A stretch of 62,306 nucleotides of DNA, filler included, from Sphacelaria rigidula (taxonomy: Eukaryota): the NCBI GenBank assembly GCA_964200075.2. It is 3 parts of 3 records of this genome, joined end to end, with 100 filler letters (N's around TTAATTAATTAA, not from the genome) between each part and the next. Parts side by side here need not be neighbours in the genome. Positions count along the whole stretch, not along the records: positions 41,638 to 62,306 come from CAXNAA020000502.1; 2 more parts are not named here. One strand, written 5' to 3'. The translations under genes and the position numbers were made by a program. The notes under the pieces were generated by a model that searched no databases, was not told the DNA's origin, and worked only from the letters and a program-made list of their open reading frames with translations. Shown one piece after another: positions 51,111 through 62,306 of the stretch; position 1 is the stretch's first letter; the number at the start of each line of letters is the position of its first letter.

Positions 51111-53113
51111 GTTCCCTGGGCAAAGTATGGCGCTGGCAGACCCCGAAACGGCGCCGCAGGCGCCAATTTTGATGAAAACGCGTTCTGCGCACGCGTAGGG
51201 CAGTCGGGGCTGTCAGCCCCGCTAAAGATCCGTCCGAATATCGACGTTTACACTCAAATCAAGTTATAAAGCCCGGGGAGGTTCTCATCGACCGAGTGTT
51301 GAACACTACAGTACTGCATATAACAACGTTTTCGTGAGATTGAGAATTGTGACGGATTGACGCCGTTACGTTGAGTTGGCAGTGATGATCTGGATAATGA
51401 GCGTTGGTAGTGATGATCTGGACAATGACCGGGGACACTCGGCTGATAGCCTGGCGTGTCTAGGAGGCTGTGCCCACGATGGCACTCCTGAATAATGGAA
51501 TGTTGTAAAGGCCGACAACTGAAACTGAGGCCAGTGAGACTGGGGAGCCCCTCAACAGCAGTGATCCAGCAGTTCTTCCACTGGCTGGCCTCACAATATC
51601 GATATTAGTGCTAGGATTAGTGCTAGAATCCCGCTGGAAAGGATTTTGGTAGGAGTCTGGGAGCTGTGGAAACCTGATACACCACGGACGCGTGGAGAGG
51701 GTTCCAGCTGAGGCAGCTGCAGAAAGGCGGCTGGCCTGTGATTGATGCAGACTGGAGACTTGCTGAAGCTGCGTGCAGCGGGAGTTTGGAGGCTCCTACG
51801 ACTGTGTGGTGCGGCGACGAGGCAAGGAAGTGTGCAATTGGCGAAAGTCCGCTGGCCTGTGAAAGTTCGCAGGTAGCCGGTTGCACCTACGCGTGTGGCG
51901 ACCGGTTCGTGTACCACGCCCAGCGTGACGCCCGTGGTTATGCGGGAAGAGTTGCGACCCTCCCAATACGGGGATAGGTACTCAGAGAGTGCATCTCACA
52001 CTTTTTACACAAAGTACTTTACGTACAAGAAGCGTGTGAAGCACGCTAACGCAGGGGGTGCTGGCGCCTGCTGACTCGCTGGTCGGAGATGCGCCAAATT
52101 GTTGGTCTGCTCGCTGGGGGTCATACCCGCCGGCGGTGCCGTTTGAACCTGCCGGGGCGTCCTCGCCTGCTGCGCAGCCGTGGCGTCAAATGGGATGAGC
52201 GGCGCATCGGTCGGCAAACAAAGGGCTAGTGGAGTCTGCGCACAACTACGTTCCTGCGGAGTTGTGTCTCCCAAATCAACGGGAGCGTGGGGCTATTGCG
52301 GTTCGGGCTGAGTGAGATTCTGGCGCCCACTTGACGGGTCATGTGGGTCTGTTGGTACAGATTGTAGAGTTGTTGGAGCGTCTTCTTCCGGGTGTGCCGC
52401 TGCGCATTCCGTTTTGGCTCGGGGCGCAGCAGGCCGTCACCGCGTCCGGTCAGCATGTTTACGACACAGAGCGTACTGTTCCGCTGCAGCTGACTTTCAC
52501 GACTTTCTGGGGGCCGGCGCAGTTGCCTCCGATCTCGTTTGGGATCATGCCGGGGTGGGATGGCGTCATTCTTCTGGGGTTGCCGATGCTTCAGGACATT
52601 GGAGTCAACGACCAGCGGTTGTGGGACTCCATGAAGACGCGGATGTCTCCGCCTGGTCCACGCTTGGAGACGCCCGCCGTTTTGGGCAGTCGTCGCGTGA
52701 GCTTGTCGGTGGATGCTTTTCAGGGGGATGGAGGGCAGGTGACCGAGGAGCGGGATGCGGCGGTGGAACGCTCGGTAGAGCGCGGCCCGGAGATATGTAT
52801 TGACCCGGCGGAAGAGGAGTCCGCTCTGAAGGTCGCGCTGGAGGAGAGGGTGACGGATGCTGTGGCGAAAAGCCTCGGCGTCTCAAAAGCGGAGCGCCTG
52901 CGCGGCATATTGCATTGCCGCGTCAACGCGTTTCGTCGTGCGCTGCGGGGTGATCCCCGTGCGCGCGTGGAGCCCATGCGTGTTCACCTAAAACCTGGGG
53001 CGTCCGCGGCGAAGACGGAGCGGCGGTGGTTCGATCCAGTGAAGTCGACTTGGTTGGCGTTGTGCATGGCGGCTCTTTTGGCGCTCGGGTTGGTGTTACG
53101 GAATTTGCAGGCG

Positions 53114-53361
53114 ACCAATGCCGAGATAGCCCCCCCACAAAAAGTGCACCGGAGACCGTCCGGCAAACCGGCTGCGATTCCACTTTTGGGCTCGTTTGCA
53201 GCAGTGTTGCCCACATGAAAAGCGTGTAGCAGTCCGGAATCAGCTATAACGCCCAAATGAGTCGCGTCGTGCGGCACGAAACCAGTTCTAACGGCATTTA
53301 TTATCATCGCCTCCGTGCACTTTTTTTGGCCGGTTCGGGGGGGGGCTATCTCGGTAGCAGT
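53114..53361. mobile_element. MITE, 248 bp, 6-bp TSD family
   Basis: TIR CCGAGATAGCCCCCCC; exact TSD CAGGCG at 53108-53113 and 53362-53367. Confidence 0.85.
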
Positions 53362-53444
53362 CAGGCGGGGTGATCCAGTCCAGATATGGCGTTTCCGAGG
53401 AAGGCTGCATCGCGGACGGAGGGCAGGCAGTTCAAAATACCTCA

Positions 53445-53597
53445 GGATCGACGTTTTCCAAAACCAATCGGGTCATTCCCTGCAGGTACCACGCCCCTGA
53501 CCCCAACCCCAACACTAACCCTAACCCCAACCCTAACCATAGGGGTGTTCAAATGCCGATGCGGTCCTCTAAGCACGCGGTCCTCTCACGCATTACA
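53445..53597 (+). repeat. Dispersed element with internal telomeric hexamers, family 2
   Basis: Both flanks of the CCCTAA/CCCCAA tract align with 61623-61800. Confidence 0.75.
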
Positions 53598-56418
53598 ATG
53601 CGGGCGTGCAATATTTCGAGTCGGACGTTGGTACTGCTATCTTGGACAGTGAAGGTCTGTTCCGTGTGCACGTGCGTGGCCGAAACGTTTTGTGGATTGA
53701 GAGTTCTGACAAGCAGTTGCAGGTACGTGTGATGAGTTTCGCGCACATGCGCGACGCCGGCCACCGTGGTGTGGCTGCGACGCTCGTGCAATTGCAAGAG
53801 TTTTGTGTCTGGCAGGAGATAGAAACTCATGTGCGCGAATTCGTCCGCCAGGGCCTTCACTGTGCTGACTCGAGGTGGACCGTTGTTGTTCCCCGCCCGC
53901 TCGGCGAAACGGTCCATGGGACAACGCAGAATGAAGTCGTTCATCTTGACTTCTTGCACGTGGGCGAGAGTGTCCCGCTAGCTTCCCAAGGTTTGTCGGA
54001 GGATACTGGGTTTTGATACATTTTGGTAATCATGGATTTGAGCAACTTTGTGGCTCTGGAACTAGTAGCAGTGCATACTGCTGAATCGACGGCTGCATCT
54101 TTGCTGAATTGGTGCAAACCTTTGGGGGTGCCGCGTGTGGTGGTGAGTGACACCGCCACGCATTGCAAGGATGCGATCTTGGCCCCATTGCGAGAGGCTT
54201 TGCGCGTTGATCACCAGCTTGCGGAAGCGTATTTTCCGTGGCCTAACGGCACGTGCGAACGCATGGTCAAGGGAGTAGTTCGTGCCCTTCGCTCCATTCT
54301 TTTCGAGCAGCGCAGAGCGGTTTCGGAATGGGTGGACGTGTTGCCTGCGGTGCAATGGATGCTTAATACAGCGTATCGTCGTCGTTACGATAGTACGGCG
54401 TACCATGTGATGTTTGGTCGTGCCCCTCGAACTTCTTTCTCGGTGCTGGCGTCTTCGTCGGCGGGGGAATGGAAATGTGGTGTTCTGGACGATGTTTAAA
54501 TGAAGAGTGCATTGCAAGGAGTCTTGGACTTGCAAGAACGTTTCCACGTCCAAGTGCAGGAACCTGTTGCCGTTGAACGTGCGCGTAGATGTGAAGGGGC
54601 CCTCGTCGAGGCTGGAAGTGTCGAAGCTTGAGGTAGGCGACTATGTCTTGTATGCACACGTGCGTCGTCCGGGTGTTACGCCCAAGTTGATGGCGACGTG
54701 GACTGGTCCATGGAGAGTGGTTGGTGCTCACCGTCCGCACGTGCTTGAGATTCAAAACAGTGTTTCGGGTCGTGTTCAGATCGCCCATGTGGCTCGTTTG
54801 CGTGTTTACGCAGACTCGCAGCTTAATGTTACGGGTGGCGTTAACGACGTGTTCCCGCATGCTTTCAATCGGGGGCTTAATGTTACGGGTGGCTGGTATT
54901 GTCCGAGTGGCAGAAGCAGGTGATCGTTCGTTGATCGTGTTGGTCGACTGGGTTGGTTTCGAAGTTGAGGAGCGGACGTGGGGGCCTTTCAAGGATATGT
55001 TTGGGGCCGCTCGGGAATTTCTTACGAAGGAGTTGCGCAAATTGCGCGTGACTCGTGCCGTTGCTGCTCGCGTTTTGAATGAGTTTGGTATTCAGTTGTG
55101 ACGTACTCATCGTTTTGGCGTCTTTTATGTGTCAAGCTTGTTGATCGACTTTCGTTTAACGTGCTTCGGGGGTGCTGTGACGAATTAACGCCGTTACGTT
55201 GAGTTGGTAGTGATGATCTGGATAATGACCGTTTGTAGTGATGATCTGGACAATGACCGGGGACACTCGGCTGATAGCCTGGCGTGTCTAGGAGGCTGTG
55301 CCCACGAGGGCACTCCTGAATAATGGAATGGTGTGAAGGCTGACAACTTAAACTGAGGCCAGTGAGACTGGGGAGTCCCTCCACAGCGGTGGTCCAGCAG
55401 TTCTTCCACTGGCTGGCGTCACAGAGTTGAGTGGTGACTGAGAGTGGCTTTGATAATTCGCTGTAACTTAGCCAATTTTCTATTCCGTGTGTGCTTTTCT
55501 TTGCCTCCATCACTGCTGTGTGCTTACAGCTCCACGCCGATGTCCTACTCAGGGATATCTCAGTGGCAAGCTACTACGGAAGGCGTACTGGCCCTCGTGG
55601 AGGGGCATTCCGGAACTGAAACGATCTATTCACTAGTTGACCACCTTTCACTCTCTATCGTATCCTCTACTGTTAACCTCACGAAAACACTGGTACATCT
55701 GGGAGCGACGCATGATGTTCGTTGATGAAACATTCGTGTTGATAGTGAAGCTTGAATTCTTCGGACAACTTCGGAGCCAAGTAAGGTCAAGTTATACTCA
55801 TGGGCTTCGGCAATACGCTACACATCACACTTCCACGACAAGAACAAGACCAGGCAAATACCACAATGCTCTGAAATGCTTGCTAAATCAAGCTAAACGC
55901 ATCTGTCTGCACCGCCGCCAATTTGCGTCCACTGTACGCTGCATCTTGTGGCGGCAGATAGCGCCAACAATCAAGGGCGCTACGTCACCCAAGTCGCCCC
56001 TGAAGAGCTATTCATCAAGTGTTTCTTCATGAGAAAAAAACCCAATAAATCCCACGACCGCCGGAGGGGAGGGGGCGGGGGGGACGGGGGTACATCGGGT
56101 CTTGGATCGTGTTTTGGGCATCCTTGGCTGAAAAACACTGTTATTGGTTGTGGATGATTTGGACGAGTTTACACAGCTTATTTCAGTGGCTCTTATCCAT
56201 TGCATGCAACAAGATCCAACGCACTGCGGTCGTCCGGTCTAGTGATGCATTGCAAAGCATGACTAGATCTGTTATTATAGTACGACTCATAAAGCCTTTC
56301 TGGACTCAAAACAAGATCACAATATTGCTCCAAGGGCTTCTTCCCTCACTAGGGCCTGGAGACTTCAAGACAGTTGTTATTCATAACCACACAGCCTTCG
56401 TTACCGGAAGCAACCACA

Positions 56419-59400
56419 TGCGTGAAGCATGTGATGTTCAAATCCATATAGTCTGCCAATCAGACCCGCAAGTCCGTCAACCAATAGAAAACGCCTACAG
56501 CAGATTGTTCCACTTGTGTATTATCATGGACCTGCTCGTACGTGTACTGGAGGTGGACTACTCTACAGCACCCCCAAAACTCCACACCACTCGAAGTAAA
56601 AAGCGAGTTTGACATTCAGTAGCCGAAAAACACATTCATGCTACCGTTGTCCGCCTGTTGGTGACACATGACCATGCTATGTCATGTGCACAAAGAAAAT
56701 GATCATTCGCAAAACGCTGAACAAGGACACTTGAACACAGCGTCTCAATCGAATGTAGTGAAGTCAATCATTCATTCACCGGCAATTTCGAGTCGTGGAA
56801 CGCTCACACAAAGCAAACGCGCCGAGGATAATACCATTTCAAACCGTAGCATTCGATCATACCATGCACTCAAAGCTTGATACCGTATTTTGCCTACAAC
56901 CGTGCCCGCACCTTTTGACCCAGTTTCAACTGACGCAGCTCAGAACAAATATGCGGTGCTCCTTCCAGAAAAATGGGCACATCATCCACATTCTCCGGTA
57001 TTCAGATGCGAAACACCATCTATGCGCTTATCCAAACACATGACAAGCCATCAAAGATGTACCACAGTAAAAGATTACTGTACTCGCGCACGATTTCTTG
57101 TATCGTCAACCTTTGGAAATACTCACGTTATACTTGTTCACATACAAGCCTACGCATTTCGCAGTTTTCGCTCATTTTCACGCCAGCAGCAGCAATCACC
57201 ATCTCCTACAGTCAGTTTTTGCCAACCACACAAAGATGATTCCACTTTTTGCGCGAACAATAATATACCAGCTTTATTTCATTCAGCACACAGCAGTGTA
57301 TTGGAAACTGCTGTACTCTGACTCTTCATCAGACACCAAGCACATCAGTCACACCTGCATGCTCATATTTCACTCAGTAGCTTCTTTGCAGAAACCACCA
57401 TTTACCATGCGTGCCAACCAGCGCAACACAACAGACAAGTCCAGGAACCACATCACCACCACCTACGATCGTCCACAAAACGATTCAGGTATACAAGTCA
57501 CAATGTGTTTCCTCATTCTCAACAAGCAATTCCACTAGTACTTTCTCCTTAACATCACCCAACCCGGCGCTCACCGCAACATCGAGCACCTCAGGCAATG
57601 CCTGCCTTGTAATTCTCCTGCGCTCCTCCTGAGAAACAGCAGCTCTCCGGCTACAATTTTGTCCACACCGTAGAGTAGCATTTCCATTCCAACAGTCGCT
57701 CCTCGCATCATAGATGCAGCTACAGCCCTCACAGCTGTCCCGAAAACCAGTGTGCAATGCCCACTGCACGGCAAGTACCAAACCCACCCAGGCGTTGGCA
57801 TCGCGCCTTCCTCTCTGCATTATGACCTTGAAGGTACAAACAATGTCACGCACCATTCGCTCACATTCATAATGTGACAGCCGCGAGTTGGCCACCATGA
57901 ATCTGTGATCCATCAGCACCTTCTTGAGCACTCTCACCACACGATTCTCATATTGCGATACCGTATCGCTGACCCATACCTCCTGCGGCCCCAGCGCTTT
58001 GCACCATGTCAACAGATGCTTCACCGTCGTTGCCACTGGACAAGACTCCGCGGGCTCCAACCGCACGAAGTCGCCCGGGTCATCCATCCTTACCAATATG
58101 TACTTGAACCGATCTCCTTTGTCCAAGCCATTTTCTCTCAGCGGACCACCCTTGCCAACACTGAGAAAATTGAAATGAAAAACCTTCCCTGGGCGACCAC
58201 CATGCACCACCTCCTTGTGGTGACGAGAAACTTTCTCCCCCGCCTTGTATGCACTCATCCAGCGAAAACAGGACTTCTTGGGCATTGCAATCGCCGCTCT
58301 CGCCCACACTACCTGCAACCTGCAGCACACGAGCCCGAGCGCCACCAATGTTGCGATGCAGCGTGCCAACCACGCCATCCTGACCGGAAAGTACGCCCTC
58401 GGCCGAGCCTTTGCTTCCACAGCAGCAGGTTTGAATTTTACCTTCAAGGGCTCGACGTGATCAGGCGGATAACCATGCATCACTCGCCTGAAAATGCTCG
58501 CTCTGTTCCGTGCAGGCTCACGAATCTGGCTCACGTCGCTATCCGATATGCCGTTCCCCGCGGCGGCTTGTACCGCCTGCTCCGGCGCAACATCAAGCTC
58601 AGCAAGCTCTTGTTCCGGGAATATGCTCATCGCCGGACTTCTCGACAACAACCGCTCGACTGAGGAATAAACGGGCTACGCCCGACCTCCTTGTATCTGT
58701 GAAGCGTTCACCGCGGTACTGACACGCCGACAGTCCGTAAAATCAGGCGTGTTTACACCTCGTACCGAAGTGTTTCTTGCATGTGCACAGGCACCTAAGC
58801 TACTGTACACGACAATGCGCAGCGCCTCCAGTGTTGGGCTCCCCATGATGAACACATCATCTGTACCCCGCATGACCGCATATGAACATGGGTCCAGCAC
58901 AACCGGTCCCCAGCTGGTGTGTAAAGCGGTTCGGACAGGGCAAGTGTTCTGCTTCACGCGCTCAACATTGACGTTAGCCAGTTTCACCAGCTGTTCATTA
59001 ACCATCGGTGTGACCACTCGAACATCTGGAACCATAGCTTGCAACTTCGCCGCTACACCCACTGTCATGGTCGTAATTACAGATCCCGAGTCTAAAAGGC
59101 CTTGACCGGACAAACATCCTTTGCCCCTGCACTCGGGACAGACAAGTCGGCAAGACACCACCTTTCCTTGCTATATACTTGCAGACCCTCAGATTGAAAA
59201 CCTGACAGCTCATCCGCTTTGAGCGATTTCCATGCTGGCACCGCCTCAGATTTCGAACCCGGGAAAGAGTGCGATGAGATGGTCTGCTGCACGCCACCAG
59301 TAGAAACGACCGGTTCTGGTGGAAACGTCGTCCCCCCGCTGGGAGGACTTTGTCCATCGGCTGAAAAGACAGCCCTCGTAGGGGCGGGACTCGTGCCCCC

Positions 59401-60846
59401 TCCGCGAGGCACCTGTCCAGGGCCCTGCAACAGCTGCTATTGTTGCTGCTGCGTGTCGCCGGCCTTCGACTGCCCCCCTGTAGTATGTTGTGGAGCAGCA
59501 GCTTGGCTTTGCTGCTTACAATCCTTCACAAAGTGGCCCTTGTCTCCACATGTGAAACAACCTGCATAGCTTGGGCCCGGTTTCCGACATCTCCCGGAAC
59601 TGGCAGTCTCACTGCCAGCGGTCGCCGTTTTCCCACCATTCGGTTCGTGCTTGGATCCGGAGGTCCCCCTGCCGCCCTTTTGTTTCAGCTGCGGCTGCTG
59701 ACGGCGCTGCTTATCCGCCGCTTCCACCGTCTTCCATGCCTCCGCTGCTTCCCGAGCCGTGTTAAACACAAGCCTAGGGTCCTCCTTCCACCCCCTCTTC
59801 ACGTTCAACATGTTGAGGACTATAGTTTCGAATTCTGGGGGATCAGTTCATTCAACATATCCCGAGTTATGATTTGAGCGGGTCCTGGTTTGAAATCTGC
59901 ATCATCGCGGAACGCACGCTCAGCGCTAGTATTCTCCGCAAAGCGTTCCTCCAGGGCACCCCACTGTCCTTCTACTCTTCCCATTGCAGTTTGCTCGTTG
60001 CGGGCCACCAACGCTTTTCGCACTCCAGCAGCAGCAACTGAAGGATGAAACTCTTCATCTTCCCAAAATTTCGCGTGTCGGCCTAGTGCCTCCTTGACAT
60101 CATCTTTGTCAAGCACGGATCCGTCAAATATCGCGCGTGACAAACACGCACGGATGTGCTTCGGCACCAGTTCAGTAACAGTCAGTAAGACGGCCTGCAT
60201 ACTACGTCCGTTGTTGTTCATTTCGACCGCCTCTTCATACTCGACGTATTTCTGATCAAACGTCGGGACGCATGTTCGCTAAAATGCCGTCCGTACTCTG
60301 GGGCTTTCAGCGGTCCTGCAGGCATAAGCTGAGTAAACTTGAACCTCACCTCTTCGCCTGTGTCGCCATCACCCACTTTCTTGCGCGTTGCCATAGCTGC
60401 ACGCAACACTTCCAGCCAATCTAGCCGTCTCTCCGTTGTCTGTAAGCTCCCTCACTTTACAGAGTTCACACTCGTGTGTCCAAAGTCTGATATACTTTCT
60501 CCGCAGCTGCCCACAGCTGAAAAACCTCTTCCAGAAACGAGCGGGTTCCTTTTAATAAACGTTCATCACAGAGCCCTCCTGGACTCAGAACAAGATCACA
60601 AGATAGCTCCAAGCGCCTCCTCTCTCACTAGGGCCTGGAGACTTCAAGACAGTTGTTATTCATGAACACACAGCCTTCGTTATCGGAAGTAACCACATGC
60701 GTGAAGCATGTGATGTTCGAATCCACATAGTTTGCCAATCAGACCCGCAAGTCCGTCAACCAAAACAAAAACCCTACAGCAGATTGTTCCACTTGTGTAT
60801 TATCATGGACCTGCTCGTACGTGTACTGGAGGTGGACTACTCTACA
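56419..60846 (-). mobile_element. Ty3/gypsy element C (gag-CCHC-PR-IN, RT/RH deleted in frame)
   Basis: 149-bp LTRs at 56419-56567 and 60698-60846 (about 7 mismatches); PPT GGGGGTGC; PBS-like TGGTTACTTCCG; CFTCGDKGHFVKDC; LLDSGS; ORF 57485-58651. Confidence 0.9.
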
Positions 60847-61202
60847 GGCTGTCCGGTAGAAGTCATGGTCCGGTTGTGCGTACTCGTGCCGTGGGCGCGA
60901 GTCCTCGGGGGGAGACAGTCTCGCCGCATTCTCGACGGTTTCAAAATCAGTCTCGCTGCGTTCTCGAAATCCTATTTTTCAAATAGTCTCTAATGCGTGA
61001 GGGGACCGCGTGCTTTTCGGGCCGCATCGGAGGGGTTATGTTCACAGCCGATGCAGCTTGCTTTCGCTCGCGGTCGTATTCTTCGCAGTCATCAAGAGCG
61101 CCGGCGCCGCCGGCGCTCAGGGCGTCAGCCTGTTCATCCATGAGTACGCAGAATGCTCACATTACCGAGGACAGTGTTCCGGTTGTACCTCCTTCAACAC
61201 TC

Positions 61203-61312
61203 CACGGGTGGCCACTGGGGTGCCTGTAAACTCAAATTTGGACGTTGCAGGCCTTGTGCAACGTCCGTGACGTCCAAATTTGAGGTTGCAGGCACGCCAG
61301 TGGCCACCCGTG
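61203..61312. mobile_element. 110-bp foldback mini-element (CACTA-like ends)
   Basis: 43-bp arms with 3 mismatches; CACGG...CCGTG termini; 2-bp TSD TC. Confidence 0.8.
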
Positions 61313-61622
61313 TCGTACTGCCTGCAATCGAGCAGTAAGCTGGCTGGATGTTCAGGCCGCCGTTCTGCACGCCTGCTACTACGTCTTCTGCCTCCCACTC
61401 TCCCAGCGTGTGAAATGACAATCGCTTGGATATTCGGTACCATCGATAGAGACCCTTCCGAGCCCTGAGCCTTTCCGGTTCTGTCCGATGTTCGTCATCT
61501 CACGTGTGTCGTAATTGATGCGTGGTTCAATTTCATTCAATAATGCAATTGGATTTGTTTTCGCTCCCACAAAACACATGTTGTTATCCCCTTGATGGGG
61601 AATATTCCGCCTACACACATCG

Positions 61623-61800
61623 GGATCGACGTTTTTCAAGACCGCTCGACGTTTTTCAAGACCGCTCGGGCCAGTCCCTGCAGGGACTGCGCCCCTGACC
61701 CTAACGCTAACCCTAACCCTAACCCTAACCCTGACCCTGACCGTGGGGGTGTTTAAAGTCTGACGCGGTCCAAAAAGCACGCGGTCCGCTCACGCAATAC
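61623..61800 (+). repeat. Dispersed element with internal (CCCTAA)n, family 2
   Basis: About 8 telomeric or variant hexamers at 61693-61742; flanks match 53445-53597; internal 21-bp duplication. Confidence 0.78.
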
Positions 61801-62306
61801 GAGTCTCGCCTGCCGCAACAGCTTCACTGAGTTCGAGTAACTCTACCCTGACTGGGGGCAGGTATATTGCCCCTGTTGGTAAACTCGTGACTTCTGGCGA
61901 GAAAAATGTATTGTTGTATTATCGAGACCTTGGTCCGCAGAGACGGGCCGGGAAAGGGGAGTGAGCACGGTGGGCGAGCCCGTATCATCTACAACCAATA
62001 AACTCTAAAAACCAAAGAACCAAAGACAAGATCCGTAAACGGTCCGTAACCTCAGCAACGTTCTACATGGTTCTAGCAACGGAACCCGGACCATGCACTT
62101 CCTTGCGTACCACAAAAAACTTCGGGTTGTTTCCGATACCACAAATACCATGCTCGGACTATAGCAGTACCCACAAAGAGTATTGCTACATAGGCAACAG
62201 AAAGGACCGCGACCGTTCTTCGCAATTCTCAAATATGTGGTAGCTCAGCAACCTATAGATCGACAGTTCCGTTATTCAGACCGTCCAATCAGATGTCGTA
62301 TACAAC

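Larger units (their letters stand above)
51348..55423 (+). mobile_element. Ty3/gypsy chromovirus-like element D, decayed, RT/RH missing
   Basis: 248-bp LTRs TGTGA...TCACA at 51348-51595 and 55176-55423; TSD GAAT/GAGT; integrase HMRDAGHRG, HLDFL, PWPNGTCERM, KLMATWTGPW; chromodomain-like VDWVGF...TWGP. Confidence 0.9.
51322..55693. mobile_element. AACAACG-TIR MITE split by gypsy element D
   Basis: Left TIR at 51322-51347 and remainder at 55424-55693; flanks ATAT/ACAT. Confidence 0.75.

Overview
Eukaryotic, repeat-rich genomic DNA, most likely from a brown alga (inferred from the vanadium haloperoxidase, GT-AG introns and TTAGGG hexamers). Two host genes are readable on the + strand. The first is a multi-exon giant protein of the DUF3638 type (QLNMGEGKT Walker A, DESD Walker B), with exons between 417 and 13659. 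The second is a secreted vanadium-dependent haloperoxidase (vBPO/vIPO clade) with nine phase-compatible exons at 35174-40595. Both lack their 3' ends before artificial scaffold linkers (N44-TTAATTAATTAA-N44). The rest is nested transposons: two decayed LINEs, a tRNA-like SINE, a full-length decayed Ty1/copia element, four related Ty3/gypsy (chromovirus-like) elements, a non-autonomous hAT element, several MITE families with 2-, 4-, 6- and 8-bp TSDs, and dispersed elements carrying internal telomeric hexamers. The most notable signal is two diverged gypsy elements that share the same in-frame deletion joining the start of RT to the integrase core, suggesting an RT-less LTR lineage that kept transposing. 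All alignments and mismatch counts were made by eye.
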